Positions 21,875 to 34,965 of a stretch of 64,000 nucleotides of DNA are shown one piece after another. Location of the stretch: the NCBI GenBank assembly GCA_009103225.1, contig RHPI01003753.1:127041-191040 (forward strand), written 5' to 3'. The notes under the pieces are model-generated. The model made no database searches and was not told where the DNA came from. It saw only the letters and a list, made by a program, of their open reading frames with translations. The position numbers and the translations under genes are program-made. The DNA is from Chlorokybus atmophyticus. Taxonomy: Eukaryota; Plantae; Mesostigma and Chlorokybus algae. Every line of letters begins with the position of its first letter. Position 1 is the first letter of the stretch.

Positions 21875-22290
21875 GTCATGCAAGAGCAACATAAAGTGCT
21901 TACTTTGACCATCAACGTAAGCACTTTATGTTTCGTTGGCAACGAAAAAGGGAGTGCAATAACCACACTTGGAGTTGCAATAGTGATGGCCTGTAGCAGC
22001 CAAAGCATGTGAGAAACGAACCAAGCATAAGACACACACATGCACACAATACGGATGCAAGGCGTCCATGTGCAACTAACCCTTAAGGCGTACACGCACG
22101 AGCGCCTAGGATGAAGTCATGCAAGAGCATCATAAAGTGCTTACCTAGACAAGGAAAGAGGGAGGTGCAATAACCACACTTGGAGTTGCAATAGTAATAG
22201 CGCCTGTAGCAGCAAAAGCACGTGAGAACAGAACCAAATACAAGGACACACCTGCACACAATGCTATCAGCTACACGCGCACGCACACGC
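21875..22290 (+). repeat. Diverged tandem duplication (~200-240 bp units starting ~21875 and ~22117)
   Basis: Shared GTCATGCAAGAGCA.CATAAAGTGCTTAC and GTGCAATAACCACACTTGGAGTTGCAATAGT blocks. Confidence 0.8.
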
Positions 22291-22316
22291 GGCAAGCACA
22301 TGTGCGCAAATGCGGG

Positions 22317-22352
<36 letters not shown>

Positions 22353-25300
22353 CACGCAGAGACATGCAGACAAGCGTGTGCACGCACACACAAAGTTGGG
22401 CACACATGTGCTGAGCTGCCGCCAGCAAACAGATACACCAAATCAGACACGTAGCATATCCGCCAACTGCGCTTGCCCGGCCACTCACACACACAAACCA
22501 CTCTGTTCATATACACAAGCACACAGCCGCTGCAGGCTGCAACCCGCAGCTTGCAGCGGCAGCACATGCACGCACGCATGCACACTTGGTCAGCGCCGTC
22601 AACCATACTCACCTACGAGAGACGAGGGGAGTTATTGAGGGGCGCCCCTGATGTGGCTGCTGCCACCGTTGGCCTCTTTGCCGCCGCCATCGCCGCCGCT
22701 GATGCCTGTTTTAAAACGGTTGCAGGCTAATGCGGTGGTCATAAGCAAACTCCCATCATCAAATGGACACCCGATAATTATGAAACAATTTGGATAAAAT
22801 TATGAGCGGTCCGAAGTTTTGAGCGGGATAAACGGCACGCGCATACTGTGCGCACTGTGCGGCCTAGCACATCATGTAGAATTTTTTGTTTAATTAACTT
22901 GATCGGTACATCATTAGAACTGCATATTCCATAACGCATGCTCCCGCAAGAGTTTATGTTTAAACCATCGCATTTAGGACTTAAGCATTAGATTGTTAAG
23001 TATACAAAACTGGACATAACCCAAATGTTGTATGCTTTTTGTGACAGTATCAGTAGTAGTACAAGTAGTAGAGGTTATTTAGGGACAGTTATTGGCAAGT
23101 GTAATGTGGGGTGGATGTTTGGATGTTCTTAAAATTTACCCACGTTTATTGCAGCAATTGTATCAACAAAAAAGCAAAATGTACTAAACAATTGTATAGT
23201 TCCATTTCTCTCAATGCTTGCTTGTGTTCCGCCACGGTTACATCATACTTTTGCATAATTTTAGTACAACCACTATTCTTCACGTTCATTAACAGCTTTA
23301 TTGCGCAGCACCACATCAGCTCTCCGACATGTATAAACAGTATCAATGATGTGCATGTGAGTGCAATATTAGAGTGTTATGGTGCACCTTGATTGTATGT
23401 CTATTACGCGACGAATCAAGTACACACTGATTGATCAATGCATGCACTTATTAAAGAGAGTGTTACATGTCAACGTCATGTTGACATACAACACTTATTA
23501 TCATTTGCATGAACTGTTGTCTCGATAGTGCATGCAGCAAATAAGAAGTGTCGCTCATTACCTGCATGTTTGCTTCCATAATTGATGTTAATATCGCATA
23601 TATTATATATGCGATGTGTTTCAAATATACTTATTAAACATGCATGTTAGAAAAAAGGAATTGTACAGGATTGTTATAACACATATGATTACACATAATC
23701 CCCATAACAATGCCATGCACATTGCACGCTGTTACATGATTTGCATTTGGTCATCAATAATGTCTCACAATTCACCTGCAATTGCTGAACTATCTGTGAC
23801 CACCAACTTGCCGGGCTAGCCACTCTCCCATGTGGAGCGAGTGTTCAGGGAAACCAAAGCTTGCAATTGCAGCATCATCTCTGCCTATTGCAGGCTGATT
23901 TGTTTGCAGCGGTACTGGTGGAAGCCTTCCACTGGAAGGGGACATTCTCGCCGATGCGGGCTCCTTTCAATGGTGATTACGCAAGGTATCCCAGCAGGCC
24001 CGTACGTTGTGAGAAAACGACACTGGGCATGAGGGGCGTGATCACTGATCACGCTCGTCGCGCGTGACCGATTGCTTTATTTCGCAACAGCCGGTCAGTT
24101 CACGTGTACGTCAGCGTAACTTATCCGTTCGCGCGGCGCGGCGCCTCGCTCTTCTGCTGTGTGCGGCAGCCCTGCTCTGCGAGTCGCAGACTGCGACGGT
24201 CCGGCGGTGACACTGGTGGCAATGATTGTCCGCGAGCGAGTTCTTGTCACTTCCACATCAGCCGCTTATGCCGCGCATTGACTAATTGGCCCCGAACAGA
24301 CACACTCTGCGGGCCGACGTTGCACCAGTCGTGTCCGCCAGTTCTGACCGACCCGGGTAGTGTCATCCGAGTGACGTGCCCCAAAGCTGAGTCAGCGCCG
24401 CTGAGCGCGAGTTACGGCACTTGCGGGCCGGATCGATCGCGATGACTAGACCTACCGCAGGCGTAACCCCAACACCCCAATCCGCGCCGGGATAAGACAG
24501 GGCGCGTGCAATCAGGTGCGCCAGACCGAAGCCATGCCGGCCGTAGACCTCGTCCCCGCTTCCCGGCTACTTGCGGCCAGGAAGGTCGTCTCGACAAAAG
24601 ATTGTCTCTAGAACCCAAACCAAACCAAAACCCGGGTGGTTGCTGGCTTCAAACACACTCATTTGAGCAGTTCTCATCCACTCTGCTTCTGCAGCCACAA
24701 GTGGCCACCCCGGCCTTGCAGAGATTGTCTTTAGAACTGAAACTGCCCATCTTGTCGCCCTCACTGAAGGGTCCCTCAGGGTAGAGGGCCTCACTCGCGG
24801 CCTCAAGCTTGCCCAAACCGCGGTTAAGCCTCCATCAGTACCAATAACCGGACTTACAGCCAATACTCCTCTCGTGTTGGAAGGAAACGCTTCTGAACCG
24901 AGCCAAGTAGCAACTGATATCGGTAGCAGCTCTAGATACGCTGGTTGCTTCACAGTTACGAAGAGGACGGCGCTGCGTGATCCCCGCGATCTGCAATCAT
25001 GGATGACGGTCAGTCGCGATGCAGCCGGTGGCCACACAATTCCTGTCCAGTAACGGAGCCCGGATGAGGAGGAGTTAGGAGGCCGTACCACGGGTTGTGC
25101 GCGAGTGCGGTACGGGCTCTGGCCTCTGCAGTTACGAGTTATCAACAGCAGTGCTTAGGGTCATCCACGTGTGCAGCTGTGGGCTTGGCGGCAAAGGCGG
25201 TGGCGGTGGCGGAGGCGGAGGCGGAGGCGGCGCTAGTTGAGGGGGCGGACGGGCTGGCTGAGATCCAAGGGTTGGCGCTGAAGCTGGGGTTGAACAGGTT

Positions 25301-25408
25301 GAGCTGTGAGTAGGTTCCGCCGGGCAGGGTTCCCCGGGCGCCTGAGATCTTCCACAAGGTTGTTGTCCTGATGGGCTAGGTCCAGGAGGTTAGCGGTAGA
25401 GATCCTTG

Positions 25409-27713
25409 ATGGCTGCGGCGGTAGCTATCCCCATGGCTGCTACCTGGATGGCTCCCAGGGCAGTTTCAAGGTCAGCCTCGCCTTCATCCACTTGCGGTGG
25501 CTGCGGGATGCCGAGGATAGATGCCGGGTCTTTGGACTGCCGTTCCACATCTTTCATGCGCTCATCGTCATCAGGCTCCGCTACTTCGCCCTCGTATTCA
25601 TCATCATGGACATCATCAGAAGTCTCTCTGCCGTTCAGGCGGCTTCGCCGCCAGCGACCACGCGCGTCGACGACTGCCACATGTAGCGTACAGACCCAGT
25701 ATGAGAACAGCTGCCTTGACGGTGTTTGCCCCGTAGAGTTTACGGCCCCCTCACGAAAACCACTGCACGACAGCAGTGTTGTGCGAAGCAATGATGGCAA
25801 GATCCACCCTCCAGTAAGTCTCGTTGCCTTAATCGCTTGGTTGATATCGATTTGTGCTGTTTGTTTGTGCACCGTGCTCTAGATGGAACTGCAAGGTTTA
25901 CTCGCGTTAGGTCTGCCGCATGATGCTGTCCAGGCTTGCTTCTCAGCAGACTGCTTGGAATGTGTTTCGGTGGTACATTTTGTCTATTGTAGCGTCAGCT
26001 TTTTTGTCACCTTGACACCTTGCTGTTTGCGGCAATGGCTTCTTACTCCAAGCATCTGCCTGCGCAGCTTGCGCCTGTTGTTCCTGTGTACGTGATGCTA
26101 CCGCTGGACACAATTACTTTGATAAACACCGTCAATCGGCCTAACGCTTTGAGGGCGGGTTTCATGGCGCTAAAGAGCATTGGGGTAGAGGGGGTTATGG
26201 TCGACGTCTGGTGGGGCATTGTTGAGGTAACGTCCGTGCTTCTGAGTCCATTGCACATTGCCGTACATTGTGTCCGCACCCCCCACATAGCTGAACCTGT
26301 CCAACCTGCAGGGTGACAAACCAAAGCAGTACGAGTGGGAGGCGTATAGGGAGCTGTTGGATATGATTAGGGACGCTGGTCTAAAGTGTCAGGCAGTTAT
26401 GTCTTTCCATTCCTGCGGCGGCAATGTTGGTGACTGCTGTTCAGTATCGCTACCAAGGTTCGCAGCTTACTATGATGGCCGTTTGCTGCAAGTTGTTTGC
26501 AGCCTGTGGCGTTGATGGTCGGCTTACTTTTCGTTGTATGCACAGGTGGGTAATGGACGTGGCAGAAGAGAGTCCTGATGTATTTTATACAGATAGAGCT
26601 GGTTGGCGCAATGGCGAATATCTGTCACTAAGTGTTGATAATATTCGCATCCTGCACGGTCGCACACCCATTGAGGCCTACAGGGACTTCATGGCTAGTT
26701 TTAGGAACGAGTTTGCAGATTACATGGGTTGCGTTATCACGGAGGTGGAGGTTGGATTAGGTCCTGCTGGGGAGCTTAGGTATCCATCGTATCCTGAAGG
26801 CGATGGCCGCTGGTGCTTTCCCGGGATCGGAGAGTTTCAATGCTACGATAAGTATATGCTGGCCAACCTCAAGGCACATGCCGAGGCTGCGGGGCAGCCC
26901 CGGTGGGGTGTGGGTGGGCCACACGATTCTGGCCATTACAAGCAGTGGCCGGAGGAAACCGGCTTTTTTCGCACATATGGAGGTTCCTGGGATACAGATT
27001 ATGGGCGATTCTTTCTCGAGGTACGGGCGCTTGTCGCCACACCAGATGATTGCCATCTCTTTTTGTGTTATGTGCGCAAAGCTGAATCAGTCTCCTTTGT
27101 GCAGTGGTACAGCAACAATCTCGTCCAGCATGGGAGCCGCGTGTTGGCAGCAGCGGAGGAGGTGTTTAAGGGCACGAATGTACAGTTGGCTGCCAAGGTT
27201 TCTGGCATCCACTGGTGGTACAATACGCACTCACATGCGAGCGAGCTGACAGCGGGTTACTATAACACCATACAAAGAGACGGCTATCAGGACATAGCTG
27301 AGATGCTGGCAAAGCATGGTGCAGTCCTGAACTTCACGTGTGCTGAGATGAGGGACAAGGAGCAGCCCCCCGCAGCGTTGTGCAGCCCTGAAGGCTTGTT
27401 GCGCCAGGCTCGCGCTGCGGCTTACCGAGCAGGCATTACCTTTGCGGGGGAAAATGCTTTGCCAAGATTCGACAGGGTTGCCCACGAACAGATCTGTGCC
27501 AATGCCATGCCGGCCATGTTCGGCAAGGAGTGTGACAGGCACCATCCGCATGCTTTGGACAACATGGCGACATTCACCTTCCTGCGCATGGGTGAAGCTC
27601 TTTTCCGCCCAAACAACTGGAACGCCTTTACGCAGTTTGTGAAGCGGATGAACAGGACGTCGTTGGTGGAAGCTCCTAACAAGGGAGGCCGAGTGGCGGA
27701 GCTCGTGTATTGA
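25409..27713 (+). CDS. BAM: Beta-amylase (GH14) with probable plastid transit peptide; core exons ~26068-26226, 26312-26457, 26546-27020, 27105-27713; 5' exon from 25409 to ~25813 is tentative
   Basis: [50 protein letters not shown] (catalytic E), [21 protein letters not shown] (catalytic E), FTFLRM. Confidence 0.95.
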
Positions 27714-28906
27714 CAGCTGTATCACCGACCTTCAGCTAGACAATTACAGCACTTTGGAGGTTTAGACTATGTCAGGCGAGCGCACGCGCACAGCATTGGT
27801 CAACTTGGAACTGCACCATGGCTGCAAGTCTCATTTGAAGATGCTGTGCATACAGCAAGCCCTATCAAGTCGCCACAGGAACCTAGTTGCACCTGCGCGC
27901 AGTTTTGTGGGTTGAGGCACAGTTTTAGTTTGTAGTGCACGTTTGTAGTGGTAGCTACCGAGGTCAATCGATGCACGCTTAGTCTAGGTTAGAGTAGTGA
28001 GGCCGCACCCTTGTGATATATGCCAATTGTAAAAAGAGTTGCACAATCTGTACATGGCGGTGTTGGATACTTGGTGAACAGTGTCTCAATGTGTGAAAGT
28101 TTATGGTCTCGCCAGCACAGCCCCTGGTTGTGGCTGAAATACTGGTCTGCAATGTTGAAATCGCCACCTGAGTCTGCGCGGTTCGCCACTTATCACAACG
28201 ACAGCAGAAGAGCGTTGATTCACGAAATCACAGTGAACAAAGGGGTGTCAGTAGTAGCTCCACATCACGCTAATAGCAACCAACTATGTGTGCGGTTGTG
28301 GTGTAGCAGCAGATGACAAATGAACGCTTGCAGGTTTAGTATATTAGCTAGAGAGACAATGTAGAACACCAGAACTATACCACCTTGGCATATACAAAGA
28401 CCGTGGCAAGACTGTCACCACACACAGCAGCAGCAATACAGCAAGCACACTACTCTAGCGGCAAGCAAAACACCTGTTCGGAAGGATTCGCAGCTGGGCT
28501 GTTATACACATTGCCAAGTCAGCGTTCAGTACACAATGGCAACAATAGCATGCGCAAGTGCAAATATCTGTCAACATCACATGGCCATGGCAAATGCCAT
28601 TGAGAATGAATAGCACGAGTTAATTCTCCTCAGGTGCGCACTGCCTCTTGTGCTTGGGCATTCACATGCTCATCCTTACTGCCTAGAACATGCAATGTCC
28701 TCTTGCATGGCTGTCATTTGCAAGTGTGTGCAGCACTGCCTAAGCCTAGCATAGGCCAATGAAGATTACTACAAGCGGGAGTGCATAATCGTGTCAAGAG
28801 CAGAAGCGCTGATAGCTAGCAGTGAAATGTCAGCTGGCAAGCAATCTGTGGGTGAGTATCGTAGAAATGCCAGGAGCTCGTGTTGAACACCGACAGCTAC
28901 TGCATC

Positions 28907-30620
28907 CTATCTGAGAGTGGCAAACTGCGCATACTCTGATGTTACAAACTGCAAGGGGTGCCCGAGAGCCCAAGCAATATTTCTGCAGCACAAAGTGAAA
29001 CATTAGTAAGCAACATAAGTACTCATCCATACCTGTGGCACATCCAAGGACACCTACTGGCGAGGCCCGAATATTTTGATTTGCCGGATGTGTGTATCCC
29101 TTCCATTTTGGTGGTTGCTCAGCACAGCAACTTGCACCAAGTAGGCCCGCAGATACTCCCTGCAAGAAGGACGTTGCACTTGCTATACATACATACATAG
29201 CTATACCCTACACAATGATATGGAAATTGGCTCCTGTAACGCTGCACCTGGAGTTTGTAGGACAGAGCGATATTTGCACCCAACCGCTTGGCTCATTCAG
29301 CTCAACCTGTTGAACATGGCCACGGTTCATGTTTTATTTTGGTCACCCAATCATCAGCTCAAGCACATACATGCCTCAACAGCCCTCGCTGAGAAATTGC
29401 ATCAAAATGTACATTCACATGTGTGCGTTCCTGTGAAAAGATGAGCGCCACTGCGCAGAAGCAGCGCATGTTGGATGATGCCATGCAACAAAAATGTGCG
29501 CATGAACCTGAGTAATGTCTTTGAGTTCGCCAGCACAGTTGCCAGCTCGGACAGCAATGCGCTGTGGCGTGTATGACTCGTCCTGCTTATAGTCGAGGTA
29601 CAGCGCAAGGCACACTAGCGCCGTCTTCTGCTGGAAGTGCGCCGACACCACATGCGGCTGTGCACCATCCGACTGCCAATATGTCTCTATGCTGCCATCA
29701 CGTAACTACAACGCAACACACGAGTTAAATCTGTGTCCGCTCTCTTGCGTCCACATTTATGTGTTCACTTCATATGATATTGAAGGTCGCAGTATGCACG
29801 GATAAGCATGCTGCTGGTTGCTGTGATGCACATGCAGTCCCGCACTCACAACGCAACAAGCCAGGCTGAATCGCATGCTGAGGCCATGCTGAGGCCATCC
29901 GTGAGAACGGTGACCATGACTGTGAAGCAACGCTCCGGTCACAGCATATGTGTCCCACGACGCCGTACTTGACTGTTGTACTGGCTGCATGTGTGCGACA
30001 GTGACATGCATGTGCCAAGCAACTGGTTCAGCAAAGGCACCTGAATGCATCCCGCAGGTCACACGAGCTCGCACATGCACACACGTGCAAACCACTGTTT
30101 GTGTGTGTGTGTGTGTGTGTACTCGCGAAGTGGTTTCTCTGTCCGCATGTCAAGGCTTGTGTGCTATTCTTGTCAGCATTGAAAGGTGCTCGGTTACATT
30201 ATACATTCTGATTAACAATCCGACCCCAGCCCAATCTTTGGCATATTAAGCCTTGCAACTGACTCCTTTGAGAAGCAATGCACCGCGGTATACGCTCACA
30301 CAATGTGTTGCTGAGCGCTTGAAATTCAGTTTTACGCTGATAGCCTGCATAGAGCAAGGAGGGTTATAACACACTGATACCTAAGTTGCCTGCTGCAAAA
30401 AACGGTAACTGGGGAGAATGAATTGCAATCCAACTGGGCATTGCAGTCAGCTTACAAAATGGACACCATTGCCAGGCTTTGCGGAAGTCACGCTCCAGAC
30501 AGCCTGGCGGCCAACTTCTCGGCCGGCCTCTGTAACGGCTGAATCGTCACCGAGTCCCAGCTGTTGGTCCTCCTCCTCCGGATCGCCGCCGCTTGCCACC
30601 GCCGCAACCGCCACACTCAT
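28907..30620 (-). CDS. APC10: Anaphase-promoting complex subunit 10 (DOC1); exons 30620-30456, 29705-29508, 29306-29248, 29159-29058, 28982-28907
   Basis: [20 protein letters not shown] | [18 protein letters not shown]...[10 protein letters not shown] | [10 protein letters not shown] | [22 protein letters not shown] | ...FATLR* (C-terminal LR tail). Missed by the ORF track because exons are short. Confidence 0.95.
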
Positions 30621-30640
30621 GCCAACAACCAGGGTGAGAG

Positions 30641-30673
30641 TTAGGGTTGGGGCCAGGGTTAGGAATATTAGGG
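30641..30673. promoter_or_regulatory. Cluster of TTAGGG/AGGGTTAGG telo-box-like motifs between APC10 and FtsH-like start codons
   Basis: TTAGGG at 30641 and 30668, AGGGTTAGG at 30655, inside an 84-nt divergent spacer. Confidence 0.45.
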
Positions 30674-30704
30674 CTTGCAGTCCAAGTTGGCGCTGTGCGC
30701 CATC

Positions 30705-33700
30705 ATGGCGGCGGCGGCGGCGGTGGCGTCGTCCGCCTGCTGCGCGGCGTCAAGGCCTTGGAGAAGGGTTTCAAGCTCCTGCGAGGCGTCTTCCTCGTCG
30801 TCTTGGGCTGGGACGGCAGTCAGACCGGGCACGTGTGCGCTGCCGTTGGTGCTGGGAGCGCCGCCGGTAGGGAGGAGGAGATGGGCGCTGCGGTGCAGGC
30901 GGAGGGCTTCGACGATCAGGGGCGAAGCTGGCCGGCAGCCCGAGGTCTCGGTGTCTGCGCAGGCTCATCCCAACCTGGATGGCAGGAGGGAACAAGGGGA
31001 TGGCTGGATGCGGGTTCTGCGGAAAGCTGTGCCTGCATGCTTGCAGGTGCGTTGTTCTGGGCTGCAGCTACACGCAATACGTGTTTATAAGGTTGTCTGT
31101 TGTGAAAGTATGGTATCTTACTTACACCATCGTTTCCAGGCAGACCTCTATTTGAAAAAGATGCAAAAGCACTAGAGCACCTTTTTCATACCTTTGTTTG
31201 TATGAGGTTGTCTACTGAAAGTATGATTATACACATTGTTTTCACCATTGTTTACAGTACACCTCGTTTAAAGAAGGTGCTCTAGTGCGTTTGCACCTTC
31301 TTTGAATGGAGAGGTCGAATCACGTTCGCGCAATGCGTTAGGCCATCACCCACTTTTGTTATGCTTGAGGCATATGTACTGGTTTGCCATGACGCACAGG
31401 TTATTCCAGTAAAAGTCTGCCACTTGAACCCGCTATATGTTGCAGTTATGCAGCACGCATTGTGATGCCCAAAGCTTCTCCACATGCATTCGCTTTGCGC
31501 ATTGCTTCCTGCGATTACTTCATCATGCATGTCTAGATCGCGTCGCAACAAGCAGCTGGCTGCAGTCAGGCCCTCCTCCTCCTTCATGAGCTCAGTAGTG
31601 CGACCATGCAGCCGTACTCAGCGTGTCACTGCAGTTTGATGTAGTGATACTACCGACCCCGTTTCAGCAGCGACTGGCAGTCTGTTCTGTAATTCTCGGT
31701 TGTGTACAGATGGCATTCGTTGCTGCAGCATTCGCAATAGCAGCAGTAGCGGCGCCGGCCATTGCCGCATCCGCTGCCACCGCCACCAAGCCCACTACCT
31801 CCAGCACAGCAAAAACCCTTCCCTTGCCGCAGCGCATTACGTACGATTTGCGCAAACTTGCAAACGGCGGTGTGGATCTTGCTCCTGAGAAAAGCTTCGC
31901 TGATTTCTGGAAGGCGGTCGCAAACAAAGAGGTGAGCCGATATGGAATCAGTCGTGTTGCGTTTCGCGATTACACCATCAGTGTTCAGGTTGCATAAGGA
32001 TACTGGTGACTTGACACTTGCTGCATACAGGTGGACACTGCCTACTTCCTCGACACTCAGTGCCATCTGCTTGCCATCATGAAAGATGGCAAGGAGTTTG
32101 TAGTTGCTCTCCCTGCCGACCCAGACCTGTTGTCTCATTTGACCACGCATGGCGTTAGCATTGCTGGGGAGCCCCGCGGCAAGATTCAGCCTGTGGTGTT
32201 TGGTTTCATGAGGTCCCTGTTCCCCGTTGTGATGCTCATTGCCATGACCGAGGCGTACTTTCGCGTGAACGAGCGCGAGCCTGATGCGAGGTGGAAGGGT
32301 GATGATGATGTCACAGATTTGTACTCAACACGCGGCGTTTCTCAGGATCGGCTTTCAGCACTGTTGTGGCGGAAGCCTGCACCAAAGCCTCCTAAGAGGG
32401 TTACTCTTGACAATGTCGCTGGCATTGACCCGATTATGGATGACCTGAAGGAGCTGCTCTGGATGATGAACAACACCAAGCAGGTGCTGGAGTTGGGAGT
32501 CTCAAAGATTCCTACGGGTGTGCTGCTTGTAGGCAAGCCTGGCACCGGCAAAACACTGCTTGCGCGCGCGATTGCTGGGGAGACCAACCGCTCTTTCATC
32601 ACAGCTGCTGGGACACAGTTCACTGATGTCTTCATGGGTTCGGGTGCTGCGCGAGTGTCGGCCCTTTTTGCCAAAGCACGATACTATGCACCTTGCACGG
32701 TGTTCATAGATGAATTTGACGCTCTCGCGCAACGGCGTGGTACGAGCATGGCACGAGATGCTGGCACGCAGGAGAGGGAAGCCACAGTCAACCAGCTACT
32801 GGTGGAGCTCGATGGCTTTCAGGACAGGTCGGATGTAGTGGTGCTGGCTGCCACCAACAGACCATCTGTGTTGGATCCTGCCATCGTCCGACCCGGGCGC
32901 ATTGACAAGATCATAGAGATTCCCTTGCCTGACAGCAAAGGCCGTGAGGACATCCTCAAAGTGCACGCGCGCAACAAGACCACTGCGCCTGAGGTCGACT
33001 GGCGTGAGGTTGCATATCGGACAGGCGGCATGTCGGGTGCCGACCTCGCAAACTTGCTGAACGAGGCTGGTTTTGATGCAGTGCGCCTCGGCTCTCCTTC
33101 AATTACCACGACCAATTTGCTCAACGCGCTGGACAAAGTGCGAGGCATGTTTACAGAGGATCAGCCCCAGCTGCCAGTGGCTGATTCAGTAGAGGAGCAA
33201 CTGTTGGTACAGACAGTAACACCGCGGGAGAAGCGCATCCTTGCAGCGTACTCTGCAGGCAAAGCTCTCATGGGCTGCTTGTTTGACGATTATGAGGACC
33301 TGTCAAAGATTGTTGTCGCCCCCAACAACACAGCCACTGGGCACGTTGTCTTCCTCCCGCAAGAGAAGTATCAAAATGTGATGAGCAGCATCACCAGGCG
33401 GTATCTGGAGCAACGCATGGCCGTTGCGCTCGGTGGGCGCGTTGCAGAGATGGCCATTGTGGGCCCGGATCAAGTTACATTCGCTGCTGGAGACCTTGAG
33501 CTCGTCTCCAACTATGCGCGTGAATATGTGATGGTTTCAGGGTTCAGCCCGCGGGTGGGACCCCTGGTTCTCATACGGGAAAAGGGTGACAGGTTCCTGT
33601 CGGGCGATTTTGAGTGGGAGTTTGGGGAGGTGTCACCTCGGTTAATGGAGGTTGCGGATCGGGAAGTGCGCAGGGTACGTGCTGCATGTGCCAAAACGGT

Positions 33701-34298
33701 TTGCTGCTGCACGCAGGGCGCTCGCGGTTGTACAATCATAAGACCTTCGTTGCCTTTGCAGGTAGTGCAGCAAGCTTATGAGGTTGCTTTGAGGGGGCTG
33801 TCGAGGAATCGGCACGTGTTGGAGGCTTTGGTAGATTTGCTTGTAGAGCAGGGCACTGTTTTAGGAACGGTAAGTGCACTGCAAACGTTTTGGGCCTCAG
33901 CCCTCAGCGTTACGCAGAGTTGATTCTGGTCTGGTCACGGCCCAAACCCACAGAACTGCAACATGCCACATGTGGGCCGTTCAGTGACTTAACAGTCCTC
34001 TGCACAATGTGAGCAGGAAGTGCGGGAGTTGATGGTGCGATTGGGTGCCGAGAAGTTTAAGGAAGAGGACAATATCCTACCGTTTGATTTCCAGGTGGGT
34101 GTACTATTCTCAGCTCAGCTGCCCTCTGCATGCGCCCTGTGTGTGCCCTCAATGAGCCGCTTGGTTTGAGCCGTTCGGTCGCAATGCGTGCAGGGGACTT
34201 CCACGGGTGCACCTGTGGCAGAGAATGTTCCCGTCGGCATTGGTGGTGATGTGGACGAGTTTCTACAAAGAATCCGGCTGCAAAGACCGCCTTCATAG
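30705..34298 (+). CDS. Plastid-targeted FtsH-like AAA+ ATPase lacking the HExxH protease motif (FtsHi/Fhl type); exons ~30705-31046, ~31668-31931, 32031-33674, 33762-33869, 34017-34096, 34194-34298
   Basis: Walker A GKPGTGKT, Walker B VFIDEFD, SRH ATNRPSVLDPAIVRPGRID; M41 domain has LAAYSAGKAL where HEAGH is expected; Ala/Ser/Arg-rich N-terminus. Confidence 0.9.
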
Positions 34299-34965
34299 CA
34301 CTAGTAGTGTAGGATATGGTGCGCTTTTTGGCGCTGTGTTGTAACTACTGAAGACCTGCATGGTTTGCTAGTATGTTGTGCACAGTTGCCTGCTGCCGCT
34401 GGCAAACAGGCTGAAACATAACCATGTGTTGGGTGAACACTTCTGATGTCTGCGCTCGCAATTGCAATAACAATTAGTAGATATCAGTCTGAACTTAAGT
34501 AGTATTGAAAGAAAAATCCATGTTTCAGTGCGATAAACAACCCTGGTTTATTTTCTCTTACCAATGCATAAACATGGGGCTGACCACCAATCGTGGATCT
34601 GTGTGCAGCATTATTGCTGTATGCTGTGGTACATGCACCAGAACGTGCAGCAACACTGTGAGGTGAAAATTTTTGTGTAAGCAAGCAATTGCGAGGTTTA
34701 GTTGGCATGTTCATTTGCCACGAGTTGCAACTTGCAAGCTGCAACACTGGCTGCTATCACCTTTGCAGTACTTCGCAGTAGGCCTAGAACCGAAAGTGGG
34801 TAGCTAGTGTGCCACCCTGCACTGGGCCTCTATTCTGGCTCTCAGCTGCCATGTTCCCGCGCTTTGAAGTGGCCAGCGGCGGTGGCGGCGGCGATGTCGG
34901 GCCCGACATGCGCTGCCACGCCGCCGGTGTAAGCTGGCGTTGGGGAAGGCGACTGCTGAGCTGAC

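Noticed and set aside
21243-22690. Two-exon gene starting MAAAKRPT at 22690 (minus strand)
   Set aside because: The frame hits TAG (22615-22613) immediately before the GT donor; at best a uORF or non-coding exon.
15584-22759. ATGATGGGGAGTTTGC / GCAAACTCCCATCAT as TIRs of a 7-kb element
   Set aside because: A 15-nt match with a gap is expected by chance in 64 kb, and there is no TSD.
24506-25313. Several overlapping ORFs upstream of beta-amylase
   Set aside because: No recognisable motifs or consistent splice model.
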